Origin: Haliotis rufescens
Lineage: Eukaryota
DNA length: 64,000 bases
Direction of reading: 5' to 3'
Assembly: GCF_023055435.1 (NCBI RefSeq)
Contig: NW_025964112.1
Location: 10,478,001-10,542,000 of the forward strand
A program made the position numbers and the translations under genes. The notes below the pieces were generated by a model that was given only the letters and a program-made list of their open reading frames with translations, searched no databases and was not told where the DNA came from. Positions 10,904-23,730 of the stretch are shown piece by piece. Positions within the stretch are counted from its first letter, which is position 1, and each line of letters opens with the position of its first letter.

Positions 10904-12315
10904 TATGTTGGTGAATGATAATGACTGAAATATTTGGGAGGTACTCTTCTGGTTCCATGTAAAAATATAAACAAAATAGGGGTACAAATTTGCATCCAAA
11001 ATACTAACATATACCGAACATATTTTCTCATTTTGACATTTTGAACGTGTTGCATACTCCGATTGCATGGATCATTGCTCATCAATCAATGAATTCTCAC
11101 CTGAGCATGGAGTCTGAGCATCCCCAGGAACTTCATCTTCTCTACCTTCTCCGTGTTCCTCCATAGCGGCCTGGAAATTCTCGAATTGCTGGAACTTCTC
11201 CATCTTCTCCCTCCTCTCTCGCATCCACATGACCACCTGTTCATGATGCTTCCGCGCTTGTTCCTCCTGCCACTGCCTCACGACGTCGTATATTTGTGAT
11301 GAAGTCTCCACCAGGAGAAGGGTCCGGGTCGGTCCCAGGGTGCAGCATGTCTGGTATGTCTCTTCCGGTCATCCTGACCTTCACTCATCTTCCATATGTT
11401 CCTCGAGGCTGTACCACTTGAGATTCTGGCTGCTACACCATGTGCCAACCCTCGAGCTCACCGTCAGCGTCCTGAGGTCACCAACCACACAAGCTTACTA
11501 CCGTCGTCAGCTTCAGCAACCCATGCTTGCCGTAAAAGGCGACTATGCTTGTCAGTTAACACTTAAACCCGACCTGGGAACTCACCACTTGGTCTATCTG
11601 TCGAGCAATAGCCAAGCCACAATTGCATAACATCAGCCTGTACTTGGCTGTGAGCTTACCAGGGCTTACATATAGACAATGTGAAGTGAAGTGTGTAATT
11701 GGTCAGTGTTGATCACTGGCAATCTGTACACAAGCAACATAATTTATAAAAAGGTATCAATATACATTTCATGAAAACAAAGTACATTTAAAATAGTCTT
11801 CATGAAAAGTAAATATACATATATAATGGATTCTCATAACACAACCAACCCTCGTCAGACGACTTTTCATTCTATATGGTACTATGTATTTTTCAAAGTT
11901 TGAAGGTCAAGGGGTTCGATCCCAGACCACGTCATACCAAAAGACGTTAAAAGATGGTACTTGTTACCCTGTCTGGCGCTCGTCATTAAGGGGCTAAAAC
12001 AAGGACTGGTCCGCTCGGAGTCAGACACACGTCACTATATAACATTATAAGTGCAATAATCTTGGATGCGACGTTATGCCCGATTTCACCTCACCTTCAA
12101 AGTTTGAGATATGTAATATCTGTTTGTCTCAAAGTGGCGCGTTAATGGATCACATTAATACTATGTAATATAGGCATGTTCATAATATAATCTCATAGCA
12201 CCAACTTACATGACATATCTCGGGTTTCACCATGTTGCGCAGTGGAACTAAATGTATTTGAGCGTGGTATATTTTACAATGAAAACTAATCTAAATTTGA
12301 ATTACTTACCTGTGA

Positions 12316-12498
12316 TTTGTTTTGTTTGTTTGTTGTTTAACACCGCACTCGGCAATATTCCAGCTATATGAGGGCGGTCTGTAAATAATCGAGTCTTGAC
12401 CAGACAACCCAGTGATTGACATCATGAGCATCGATCCACGCAACTGGAGTCGCTGACGTGCATCAACCAAGTCAGCGAGCCTGACCACCCGATCCCGT
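12316..12498 (-). mobile_element. SINE-like family B, 5'-truncated, 13-bp TSD
   Basis: TSD tacttacctgtga on both sides. Confidence 0.88.
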
Positions 12499-12785
12499 AC
12501 TTACCTGTGAAATGACCAGGAACAAAATGTGAATACCTATTTAACTATGGATGATCTACAAGGAACTCCCTAATGTGAGAAAAAGACGACTAAACTTGAG
12601 TTAAAGCAACTCAATATCTAATACTAATGCTAATTGTCTGAGTATGTGTACCGTCACCCCAACTGGCTGAGAGTATGTCTACGTTACCCCTACGGGAGTA
12701 ACCAGTATAGTCCTTTCCAATAAGTTCTTAGCTCCCCCTGATTAATTATCCCCCCTTGCGAACTCTTCCGAAAACAGAGATAAAA

Positions 12786-13790
12786 GGCCCTATCACGCGC
12801 TTGACGTTCACTTCCGGAGAGGTTTTGGAAAATGAACGAAACGAGAACGAAACAGCGGCATTATTGCACTGTCTGCTCACATTATAGAGGGAAGGGGGTA
12901 GATGGACGGGTGGTGACATGGCATAGGTTTCCAGAGAATGAATAACTGAAGAAAGCGTGGAGTTGACGGCACAAGTTGACGGCACCACCCAGCGCCAATG
13001 TTAGGAACACTTCAAGGATGGTCATTTCAGACGGCGTTTAATGCCATCCATTTTCGGGGGAAAACGTTCAACACGTATCAGGTTAAGTCTGCATAAACAA
13101 TATATTACATAAAGTACATGTTATTTAATGATGCATGTATACCGTTAAAAGACCAAGTACTTTTCAAAATGATAATCATTACGAGATTGTTAAAAAATCA
13201 AGCAGAATTAGAGAATAATATTGGAATTATTCACATATTTTTAGAAACTTCAAAATGTAGAAAATGTATTATTTCGGAGTATGTTTACTTGTATAGAGAA
13301 AATACATGATTGCAACGAACATGAGTAATCTGAAATTAGATCTATTACTAATGTTTATCCTGAGAATGGACATCAAGGATCTGATTGCATTTGTTGTAAT
13401 CATAGTTATTATTATAGCTTTTATCTTATAAATCTTCAGTTTGATTCAAACTCAGACGAGTGTACCATACAAAAGGAGGCCCAAGCACCAGTAGCTGAGC
13501 AATCCAGGGACAGTGACAATGGGAGTGAGCATTCTGTGTCCGACCATCAGCTGATTGATATCAAGTCCTCAGGATCAAGTGTGGAAACTTCAGTTGTCAT
13601 GCATGACTATTGTGGACAAATTGAAGACCATGCCACAAGTCATCTTGTAAACAAGTGTGAACAGGCTAATTGTTATCCTTCAGACATTGATGCATCCACT
13701 CAGACAGATATATTTGATAATTTATATGTGACTGTGGCAACTCAAAACCAAAAATGATAGATCTGGAAATTCAGTGAAGTAAGCATGACG
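12786..13790 (+). mobile_element. Degraded THAP-domain DNA transposon relic (PIF/Harbinger- or P-like)
   Basis: 12999-13081 reads C*EHFKDG...LMPSIF (THAP CxxHF...PxIF) followed by a gt donor. The next exon-like block, 13440-13779, has KRRPK, HDY and STQTD motifs often found after THAP domains. Boundaries are uncertain. Confidence 0.5.
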
Positions 13791-14459
13791 AATAATTTAA
13801 ACAAGTCTGGTTCATGTAACTGGACAAAACTATTAAAGCATACTGTGGTTCAATGTCATTGATGTGTTGGTGTAAATAAAATCGACGAAACCCTTTCTAT
13901 ATTCATAACATTCACAAACTGACCATGCAGTAAGCATGCTCAGGGGAAAAGGCTGTGACTGATAGTGTAGTGTTTATGGTAGGTTGAGCAATAAAATAAG
14001 ATGACTTAAGCTGCATTTAATTACGTACATGAATTATACTTAAAAGGTAAAATACAAGACATATTCAAAATATGTAACTGCCACATATCCATGACAGTAT
14101 ATTTAGCCAAATTGTGCAAATTGACGGTTTTATATAATAATATGTATGTAAATAACATATGTTTGAACAGAAAACTGTACTTTTTGTATTTTATTACCCC
14201 GTAACTCTCATTTTCCGTGTGATCCAGAAATTGAGCTGTAGTCTTCGCTGCACAAAGGATATCCACAGGTAGCTGAACAATTCTTGCCAGGTCTCTAGTT
14301 TTCGTCAGTCTTTTGCACCTTTGAATCGCAGCCATCGGACGTTGAATCTGGGTTTCCTTCTACCCCATACTCAGTGTACTCGCCTAGAAGTTTGGACAAA
14401 TCCGAATCGGAATCATCTCAGTTGTAGTTAGTACGAGAGAATTTGAACGCTTGAATATG

Positions 14460-14717
14460 TATCCGTAAAAGGTTAGGAATGTCTGGACCAGAATAGATCT
14501 TCAGCAACCCGTGCTTGCCATAAAATGCGACTATGCTTATCGTAGGAGCCTACTAACGGGATCGGGAGGTCAGGCTCGCTGACTTGGTTGATGCATGTCA
14601 TCGTATTCTCAGTTGAATGGATCGATGTTCATGATGTAAAAACTCGATTATATACAGACCGCCGTCATATAGCTGGAATATTGCTGAGTGCGGCGTAAAA
14701 CAACCAACCAACCAACC
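14460..14717 (+). mobile_element. SINE-like family B
   Basis: Head motif, body and (CAAC)n tail are present. Confidence 0.85.
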
Positions 14718-15835
14718 TTCCTCTTCGAGTTTGATATATGGGGCGAAACTACGATGTAACCGGCTTCAGATTTTGTTAAAAAGTGGCAGGATATGTTCAT
14801 ATCCGCTTCACTCTAACGTGTTACCATGTTTGCTTTAGATTGTTTGCAGAGATTTCTATTGGAAATGGAAAGGATTCTGTCGGAGTATTTACATTTATAT
14901 TCATGTATCTGTCTCATATAATGTATCTTCAACACTGGAGGAAAAAAAAAGACAATCTTTGTTATGGCGGTAGGGCAGTACTATGTTTAGGTGCTTGCTG
15001 GTCACGCCGTACCCTGGGTCGATTCCAATCATCGGTAAAATCTGTGAATCTCATTCCTGACGATTTGTCAGGCATTTTTGCTAAGAGCGGGGAAGCTCCG
15101 TGAAACCATTCTTATCGTAACTCATGCTTATCGTAAGAGGCGACGAACGGGATCAGGTGGTCAGGCTCACTGACTTTGTTGATGCATGTCATCGTATCCC
15201 AATTGCTTAGATCGATTATTTACAGACCGCCTTGACACAGCTGGGACATTGTCGAGTGCGGCGCTAAACAACAAACAAACAAACAAACAAACAAACAAAC
15301 AAGATCGGGTACAAGTGTACCCAATTGCCTATTCGAACTAGCCGTTAACCAAACCTTTCCTAATCGCCCAGATTATTGTTATGTTGATCAATATGAAACA
15401 GAGTAAGAGTGTTTTGTCACTTGAAGGAATTTCAGTTATATAAGAACATGTCAGCTAAATGTGAAAGGAAATTCAAAGTTTACCACTTTGGTGAAACCCA
15501 GGGACATGGTCCCCTCGTACAGACCAGGGGTCGTAATCAAAGAGTATCCTGGAATTCGTCATACAAACACCGAATGGCGGTTCCTTAGCCTCGATGGCCA
15601 ACGCACCTATTATGCCACATGGATAGATGAACATTTACCTTGATCTTATGATTTTTTTTTTTCAAAAAAACCCCCACCATTCATCTACATCTCTTAATCT
15701 CGTTTATGCATCCTCTAAACAAGGCTGATCGGTAAGTACTCACTCTATCGTACGCTATCAGTTACGCTAGTGTCACATGGCACTAAAACAGATGTTGTGA
15801 CGTCGACCAAGTAACCCCTATTGCAATATTCAGGA

Positions 15836-15850
15836 TATAAATGAACCCTG
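15836..15850 (+). promoter_or_regulatory. TATA box/core promoter of C1qDC gene A
   Basis: TATAAATGAACCCTG begins 45 nt upstream of the ATG at 15881. A C/EBP-like ATTGCAAT lies at ~15820 and a TGACGTC at ~15798. Confidence 0.65.
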
Positions 15851-15880
15851 CGTCACTCCATCATTTGCACTGCGGGCACC

Positions 15881-16157
15881 ATGGCAGTGCAGGTATATGT
15901 TGTGGCAGCACTGATAGCTTCGGCCTCTGCTCTGATTGCACCGATGAAGAAACCAGATGGGACTGTGGACTTGGAGAGTGTCCATACCCACATCCTGCTG
16001 CTGGAACAGATGTTCGCTAGCCTGGCTAAAGCATCTGAAGTGGAGACCCTTAAGTCCAAAGTTAGGACTTTGAAGTCTGAAACTAGACGTCAGATACAGG
16101 CCGTCAACGCCACCGTCATGGAAACAAGATCTGCCGTGCAGGAAGCCAAAGTGTACA
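15881..16157 (+). CDS. C1q-domain-containing protein A, exon 1 (signal peptide + coiled coil)
   Basis: Kozak-like caccATGG. MAVQVYVVAALIASASA is a signal peptide; a heptad-rich region follows (ASEVETLKSKVRTLKSETRRQIQAVN). Donor TAC A|gtaagt is phase 1. Confidence 0.85.
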
Positions 16158-17639
16158 GTAAGTGAATCTCTAACATTTTCCTTCTTCCCAAGTACGTACT
16201 ATTACTTTTCTGTACAGATTTGTACCATATTGTCCCAGGGTTATGACAGGAAAGGACACTGGGGATGGTAGCAGGATAGGGATGAGGGTTGGATGTGGGA
16301 CATCTACATTTCACATTTGATGTGGAAGGTAACTGAGTGAACGAGGCATTGGTAAGCTGTACTGACATAATACGCAAGGTTTCGCTGAAACAAAGACCCT
16401 TTGTGAATATTTAAATTTGTAAACTGTTAGACGACGGGAGTTGTTAATAATTAATAATGTAGTTGTTTAGAAAATTCAATTAAACTTGTTTATGTAGAAA
16501 ACTTAGTAATACTTTATAGCTTTAATGGAACATCCTCATGTATCCATAGCAGCCCACTCAGCAGCTAGTGTTAAACATTAGTATTTAGCTTACTTTCAAG
16601 GGGTTAATTTCAGTGTTAATAAAATAATGATTATTCTTTTCAACAACTGCTTTTATAATTTTTAAGCACACTTGTAAACATTGTTCAGATATGATGATGG
16701 ATGTGAATGAAATGTTACGTCTCTACTGAATATGGAGTGACGACAAAAATAACAATAACAACAAACATCATGATTAGGAGAAGATGATAATGATAAAAAT
16801 AAATATAATAACATTCTTAATAATAAAATGAGTACCTATGCATCGAGTTTATTCTTCTGAAACATGCTCACAATGCGTACAATTGTTCCCCGGTATCGGT
16901 GAAACTTATCTCCTTGGGGAGTATACTGTTTCAACATTCATCCTTCGGCAGCTTGTTCGGTTGGTGTCAATATAAGCACATTCTTATATCGTTGATGGCG
17001 ATGTTACAAAAGAAACACACACCAACCAAGATAATCCCATTCCCCGTTCACATGTGTTTTGTGTTCAGGAACAACAACCTCCTCACAATGTAACAGTATT
17101 GTGTATAGTTCAGGGAGTATTGTGAAAAACAGTTGTGCAAGATTATGCGAATCCAAATTTAACGAAGACATGTGAGACCGAATGGGGGATTTATGGTGAA
17201 CACTAAGAACGGGTAGGCCACATCTCAGAGAAATGCAGAAAAATACATATGATAGACTGTACTTTTTCGCTGCTGATTTTGCATTTTGATTAGAAATGCA
17301 AATATTGATTGTAAACATATGTTATATTTGGGATTACACATTCACAGGAAAGTACGAATTCTAGTACATCTTTGGGAGGAGTCCGATCTGGGATTCGAAA
17401 CCACACTCTCACAGTAAGGTTCCAAATCGCCAGCACACAAAGTACTTGACCTAACCACTCAGCCACCGAAGTTTCCACAAATGGGTGTCCGACAACTGGT
17501 AGTCTAGATCACCTAAATAATATGTGTAAATATTTATCGGTTAACTAAATGCAAATGTCCAGTTATACATGGTTAACACAATAAAAGAACATGGTATAAC
17601 ATATGTACTTATCAAGTTCATATACATATATGAAAGTCA

Positions 17640-17842
17640 CGTGAAGATCCGGGGAAAAATAGGTCTTCGGGTGGTCAGGCTCGCTGACTTGGTTGATGAA
17701 TGGCATCGTATCCCAATTACGTGGATCGATGCTCATGATGTCAATCACTGGATTGTCTGGTCCAGACTCGATTATTTACAGACCGCCGTCATATAGCTGG
17801 AATATTGCTGAGTGCGGCGTAAAACAACAAACCAACCAACCA
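17640..17842 (+). mobile_element. SINE-like family B with internal deletion (C1qDC-A intron)
   Basis: cgtgaagatccggggaaaaataggtcttc joined directly to gggtggtcaggctcgc. Confidence 0.85.
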
Positions 17843-18242
17843 ATAGTGGATTCTGATGGAGATATTATATCAAGACTCTGTACAATGCTTGCAAAATACC
17901 TTTGTGTGCCTTAACAAACAAATCGGCATGTTGACCCTTGATGTAAAAAAGTAATTCAAATACTGGGTTTGTGTATCATTCAGACTCATATATTCCCGCT
18001 TGAAATTGGATGAAAATCATAGCTATTTACAGATCCTAAGAAGTTAATAATTGTCTTGCTCTCTGACAGTACTTTTCAATGCTCGTTTTACAAGATAGAT
18101 TATACGTTGAAATTATTCCAACATTTACCGCACAATATTTGGTATCACCAGGTTTATAATAATATAATATAATAATATGTCCCTTGCGTTTTGATTTCGT
18201 GATTGCGCTCTTTGATTGATCATGTGTTTGGTTCCACAATGA

Positions 18243-18245
<3 letters not shown>

Positions 18246-18306
<61 letters not shown>
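18246..18306. repeat. (TA)n microsatellite
   Basis: Directly visible. Confidence 0.98.
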
Positions 18307-18308
<2 letters not shown>

Positions 18309-18866
18309 TGTTATGAGCATCTCGGTGATGGACTAAGTGAAGTATCATCAGCAAGCAAGACTGCAGGAATATTCATACATATGCAGTCAGTGCACGAATG
18401 CCACATCGTTATTGTCTAAGGACTGTAATATGATTATTGATAGACGCAAGAAAAAAGCAAAGATGACTCTGCCTTGGCAAGACCTTGCTGTACAATATAT
18501 ATGTCTGATTAATGACGTGGTAGTTTCCATGTATTAGGTCTAACATCAAGTTCATGTAGTTTGTAAAATATTCCGGCGTGACATATTCAATCGAATGTTG
18601 TTTTTCAATATACAAGAAAGCAGAGACTGCAGAGTCCCTTTGTATGTAATACTGAATGCCGTCTATCATGTTAAAAAAAGACATAGGTTGTCCATATCAA
18701 GTGTTAACAGTATTAAGTGTTTGCCTTCACCTTTTGGTGTCGAACAATCATACATTAAATGTAGAAAGTGATGCAATACATGAACGTGTTATCATGTTAG
18801 GTACTGTTAAGCACTGTTAGGTACTTACATCTGTTACTAATCACTTATTGACCATTGACATTACAG

Positions 18867-19252
18867 GTAATAGGTCCAACGTTGCGTTTGAAGTATCAAA
18901 TGAAAAGGCAGGGCACACCGTCCAAGCAAGTCAAATCTTCAAGTTTGACACAGTTACTCTAAACAATGGCGGCGGGTACAACGCTCCTACTGGTGTATTT
19001 GAAGCTCCCGTGTCCGGCACCTATCTGTTCTGGGCTAGCATCGCCCCCAAAAAACACATCCACCTGGCTCTGTACAAGGAGGGAACAGAGATGGCGGTCT
19101 CACACGCCTCCCATACTGCGAGTCTTACCTATGCCACAGAGGTGAAGAGAGGGGAGAAGGTTTGGTTTCAGAGCTTATACTATGCTTCGGAAATCTGGCA
19201 CGGTCGACACTCAACATATGGGGGAGCCTTGATCCATGAGCATAGAGTGTAG
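18867..19252 (+). CDS. C1q-domain-containing protein A, globular C1q exon
   Basis: ttacag| acceptor is phase 1, in frame with exon 1 (277+386 nt = 220 aa + stop). Motifs VAF, FKFDTVTLNNGGGYNAPTGVFEAPVSGTYLF, KRGEKVW and STYGGALI. AATAAA at 19275-19280. Confidence 0.92.
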
Positions 19253-19748
19253 CATCATATCCGCCTCACAGCTTAATAAAAATATAATCTTAAATGTCCT
19301 TCTTTCCTTCATCTGAAAATGCCCCTTCTTTCCCTGAACCAAGCCTTGTCACTGAATAGGCAACAAATTGGGCTTGGCTTCATTATTGTCTCGACGTTGT
19401 GTCCATGTTTGGATTCAGGGTTAGAATTGGACACCAGCATCCTATGCTTGTCGTAGGAGGCGACTTAATTAATCGGTTGGTCCGACTCGGTGACTTTGTA
19501 GATAGTGTTTACATGCTCCGACGGCGTCAATCGTTGCTCATAATATCAATCTCTTGTTTATGTCATTCGGACTCGCCTTCATACACAAACGTGAAATACT
19601 GCAAATGTGGCGTTAGAAATGAACTCACTCACACACTCATACACAAACACAATACATTGTGTTTCCCATGATACTCTATATCGATGTTTTAAAAACAAAT
19701 GTCACTCTCTCAATGAAGTATACTAAAATAAAACGTTTTAGTTCAATA

Positions 19749-19907
19749 GTGAGTGAATATGGTTTTACGCCGCTTTTAGCAATATTCCAATATCACGGCG
19801 GGGGACACCAGAAATGGGCTTCACACATTGTACCCATGTCGGGAATCGAACCCGGGTCTTCGGCGTGACGAGCGAACGCTTTAACCAATAGGCTACCCGA
19901 CCGCCCC
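19749..19907 (-). mobile_element. SINE family A
   Basis: Reverse complement of family A; flanked by tttagtt(c/t)aata. Confidence 0.9.
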
Positions 19908-19932
19908 TTTAGTTTAATAATACATCAAGACA

Positions 19933-20172
19933 GACCCGTGAAGAACCGGGTTAGAATAGGTCTTGAGTAACCCATGCTTGCCGCGAGAGGCGACTGTGCT
20001 TGTCGCAAGGAGGCTACTAACGGGACTTGTTTGATGCGTGTCATCTTTTCCCAATTGTGTGGATCGATGCTCATGATGTCAATCACTGGATTGTCTGGTC
20101 CAGACTCGATGATTTGCAGACCGCCGTCATATAGCTGGAATATTGCTGAGTTAAAAAACAAGCATCAAACAA
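19933..20172 (+). mobile_element. SINE-like family B
   Basis: gacccgtgaagaaccgggttagaataggtcttgagtaaccc... through the tail. Confidence 0.85.
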
Positions 20173-20768
20173 CATCTAGACAACACGGGCCCTCTTTAAA
20201 AGCTATCTTGGAGCAATACGACACCAAGGACGGCCTGGAACCCCAAAGTTATGCCAAGATAAGGATCCACCTCCCTGATCTGAGCAAGCACTGACACCAT
20301 GCTAATGACATATGCTGTATGCCTTTCAATTTCTCGTTAAGGAAATATCCACAGGAATAACATATGTTATCCGAATATATGACTCCTCAAATGCAGTGTC
20401 AACAACGATGAACAGACGTGTAGGACATGACCAATATATACTGCGTAGAGAAACATAAATCTATAGTAGCAAGGTTTAACAATCAGTGAACATATCGCTT
20501 ATCAGTGACGAAACGTAACCACACAGCAATAAACTACATGTATGTGTCGACTGTAGCAGAAACGGAAATGTTTTAACAGACCGGCGCCCACGCGTATCCA
20601 ATAATAAATCATTATGTAAATAAGAAAGATAAAAGGGGATCGCCACATGTCATAAAAACGTTCATTCATGTATCATGAAATACTTTTCGTTACATAATGT
20701 GAAACACGCACACATGAACAACTAATCTTAGTTGTGATGTGAAGCATTTACCGATATCTGTACAAATA

Positions 20769-21469
20769 CACTCTTCCCAAAAAAGACACGCCCAGGTAGT
20801 ATGTAGTTCATTTAACCTGATTACACAAAAAATCCGGTATATAAATTGGATAAATGTTATTGGAAAATGTTGGTGGCCTGATATTCGACAAACGGTGCGT
20901 CAAAACGAAGCCATTGTCGAATTGAATGTCTTAAACGGTCAGGACTGTCAGGAACCATCTTCGCGAGGCTGGGATCCGACCGAGATGACCAGCTATCGTC
21001 CCTGTTTTGCAGATCCATCGACACTGCGTTGGTGCCATACCTTACAGCCTTGGAATTTGAGAAACTGGAGACGAGTGTGGTTTAGCGATGAATCACGATT
21101 TCTTCTTGACCGGCGAGATGGAAGTCAATGTGTTTATCGTCGTCGAAATGAGCGTTTTGCCTGCCTCACATTGTGTACGTGATTCGACAAATTCGGTGGC
21201 GGTAGTGTCATGGTGTGGGGGGCCATATCCTACACCACGAAATCTGACTTGGTTGTGGTTCAGGGAAATTTGACAGCAAATCGCTACGTGAGCTGTTTCA
21301 GGACAACGCTCCACCGCACACAGCTCGTGTCACGGAAGACTACTTTCATAATGACAACAGCTCCAAAATGTCATATTTGTATCTGTGATCTTAAATTAAA
21401 TATATCGACTTTATTTGGTACAATAAATTTCCTAAAAATCTACCTGTGCGTTTCTTTTTTTGAAGAGTG
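20769..21469 (+). mobile_element. Internally deleted Tc1-like transposon
   Basis: TA TSD and ~30-bp TIR cactcttc..aaaaaaga.acgc.caggtag. Transposase remnant WRRVWFSDESRF...GGGSVMVWGAIS...GNLTANRY with frameshifts. Confidence 0.9.
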
Positions 21470-21732
21470 TATTTATAGCATGGTGGCTGAAACCCAACAG
21501 AATAAAACGCGCTGTCAACACATACTTCTGAATAATAGACATTTTGGAAATGACGAGCATACTACGCAGCGCTAATTTTGAAATACAGCTACACCATAAA
21601 GTTCACATGATGGCTTGCCGCCACAAAGCAATATTGAAAAGCATTTGAAATACTCAACTTTACTTGAAATGATCCAATCAAACTTAACTTATTGTTTCAA
21701 TTTGGAAGTCGACACGTCACATAACCGAAATT

Positions 21733-22760
21733 TGGGGCTCGTCCGGGAGCGAAATTTAATATATCACATATTGAAACTTAATTATTGGATAAACATTTTA
21801 TTGTCATATATTGTGTGAAGCCAAAGTTCACTGTAATGTTTAGTGTATGTTAGCCAACATTATACAGAATTAGTCTCTGTGCTCAAAATGTCTGAATTGG
21901 TCGAATTGGCCAAACATTACACACTTGACATCAAGTCAGAATCGATGTTAAGAAAATTTTGATAACTTAACTGGTTGATGAAGAAATTTGGCTGATGACG
22001 CTTTGACTTTGACTGAAGAAAATACTAAAGTTTTGGCTTTAAAGAAATTAGAGTTTAAAAGAGAAAAAATGGCCATCGGAAATGAGAAGTTAAAATCGGA
22101 AACAGAAAAAGAAAAGCCGGAAGCTGAGAAAGAGAGAATTTCGGATTAACCAATTGGAAGCTGATAAAGAAATTAAGCTGAAACAACTTAAATTACAGAG
22201 GGATCTCTCACTACCTCAACAGGTGATAGATCGTTTGATCTTTCCAAGCAGATTAGAGCTGTTCACCCTTCTCTGAACGTGTTGTTGAAACGTTTTTCTA
22301 ACATTTTGAAAAGATGGCTGCTAAGTTTATTCTGCCTTACCTTTTGAACCTTATGAACTGGTTCCTGAAGCTTAAAGGCAAAAGTTTAGGTCTGCCAAGA
22401 AAAGGGATGGTTCCAGTTTTTTTTAGTTTATTAGGGAGAAGGAAACTTTGTTTGATAGGTGTAGTACTTCTAAGGAGATCAATGGTGATTTTGACAGCTT
22501 GAGGCAGTTGATTTTGCGGGAGTATTTTAAGCAGTGTGTGTCAACGGACGTTTGGACATATCTTTTGAAGCAGGCTGCTACTTTGGCTGATAATTATTCA
22601 CTAATTCAATGGGTTAGGCTTAGGTAGTCCGGGTTTTCAGCAGGAATTCGCAGGGATACAAATCAGGAAAGGATAGTTTATCCCCTCCTAGATCAAGATT
22701 TCAAAGTCTGGTTCTGAGTTTGTTGACAAAAAGTCAACAGCAAGTCTGTAAGGTAAGAGT
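21733..22760 (+). mobile_element. Gypsy (Gmr1-like) LTR retrotransposon relic: tRNA-Pro PBS + degraded gag
   Basis: PBS tggggctcgtccggga at 21733-21748. Gag motifs across frameshifts: FDLSKQIR, HFEKMA, YELVPEA*RQKFRS, LRQLILREYFKQC and QAATLADNY. Confidence 0.8.
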
Positions 22761-23199
22761 TAACGTCAAAAGATCAGTTTACACAATCATGGTTCCACTA
22801 TTTACACAATCAATAGTTCAACTATTCATTTGAATGTCAAGCCCTCGATACAATCCGCAGTAGATATATACGAGAAAAGTGTTACTTATGGCCTAATCTT
22901 TATAAACTCAAACATTTACTGAGCACAACGAAAATAGCAGAAATGAGGATTTTGTCGAAGTTTATTTCCATTGTCTACAAATACTTTTAGAAACTTAAAT
23001 GTACTCTTCCCGACTGAATTATCACTCTTGTTGAACATATATTTATTTCTAAAACACGCTCTTGTACAACCGTGGGTGGTTCCATGAGAAGAAGAAAAAT
23101 TGAATTGAAATTGAATTGAATTTAGAAGGCCAGTCATCAAAGTCTGTTGTTTTGATAGGAGAGTACTCACGTTTTGTTAGTAAAATATCAAAGCGATAG

Positions 23200-23730
23200 A
23201 CCCTCTAAAGGGGACAACCAGATCCAACTGTTCAATAAGTTTGAATCCTTGGAAGGCATGGATGTGTCCGATAACAGCCATTATAGGACACATGGCTTGT
23301 GACGCTCAAGGAAGGTGAGCGGTAGATCCCCACTTAATACTCCAAAGAGATAGTTTCTTCGCATATTCTTCAGTGGAATTGCTGAGGACTGAGGACTGAT
23401 ATGAATGATTTGCATGTATTAGTCGAGGATTTTAAACCATCAGCATTTTGTCTAAAGAAACCTTTTTAAAGCAGACAGACAATTTTAACTCAATGCGTAT
23501 CATTTCTGTTTCTCCCCAGGGCGATAAGGCTGATGGAGGAACTTCAATCATTGTACCGTGATATAAATGGAATACTGTTAAAAGCGGCGTTAAACCCAAC
23601 TTACTCACGCAATCATTGTGAGGTAGCATATTATACTACATACTAATGCTCAAGCCGTTGCAGTGCGACTAACTTTGCACGTTACATTTACATTATGCTC
23701 TCTAAATATTCCGCCTTGTTCAACTCTCCT
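23200..23730 (+). mobile_element. I/Nimb-like LINE fragment (ORF1 end + APE endonuclease start)
   Basis: NKFESLEGMD, then ILQWNC*GLR...CLKETFLK...GGTSII...QAVAVRLTL...TLCSLNIPP. Interrupted by a SINE tail at ~23555-23607. Confidence 0.75.

Noticed and set aside
12499-12545. Possible minus-strand microexon whose donor is duplicated as a SINE TSD (tacttacctgtga)
   Set aside because: No partner exons could be linked with confidence; it may be a chance splice-like sequence.
17693-17914. Recurrent short ORFs such as MLMMSITGLSGPDSIIYRPPSYSWNIAE, suggesting a peptide family
   Set aside because: They are translations of SINE-like family B copies, and the frames are not conserved between copies.
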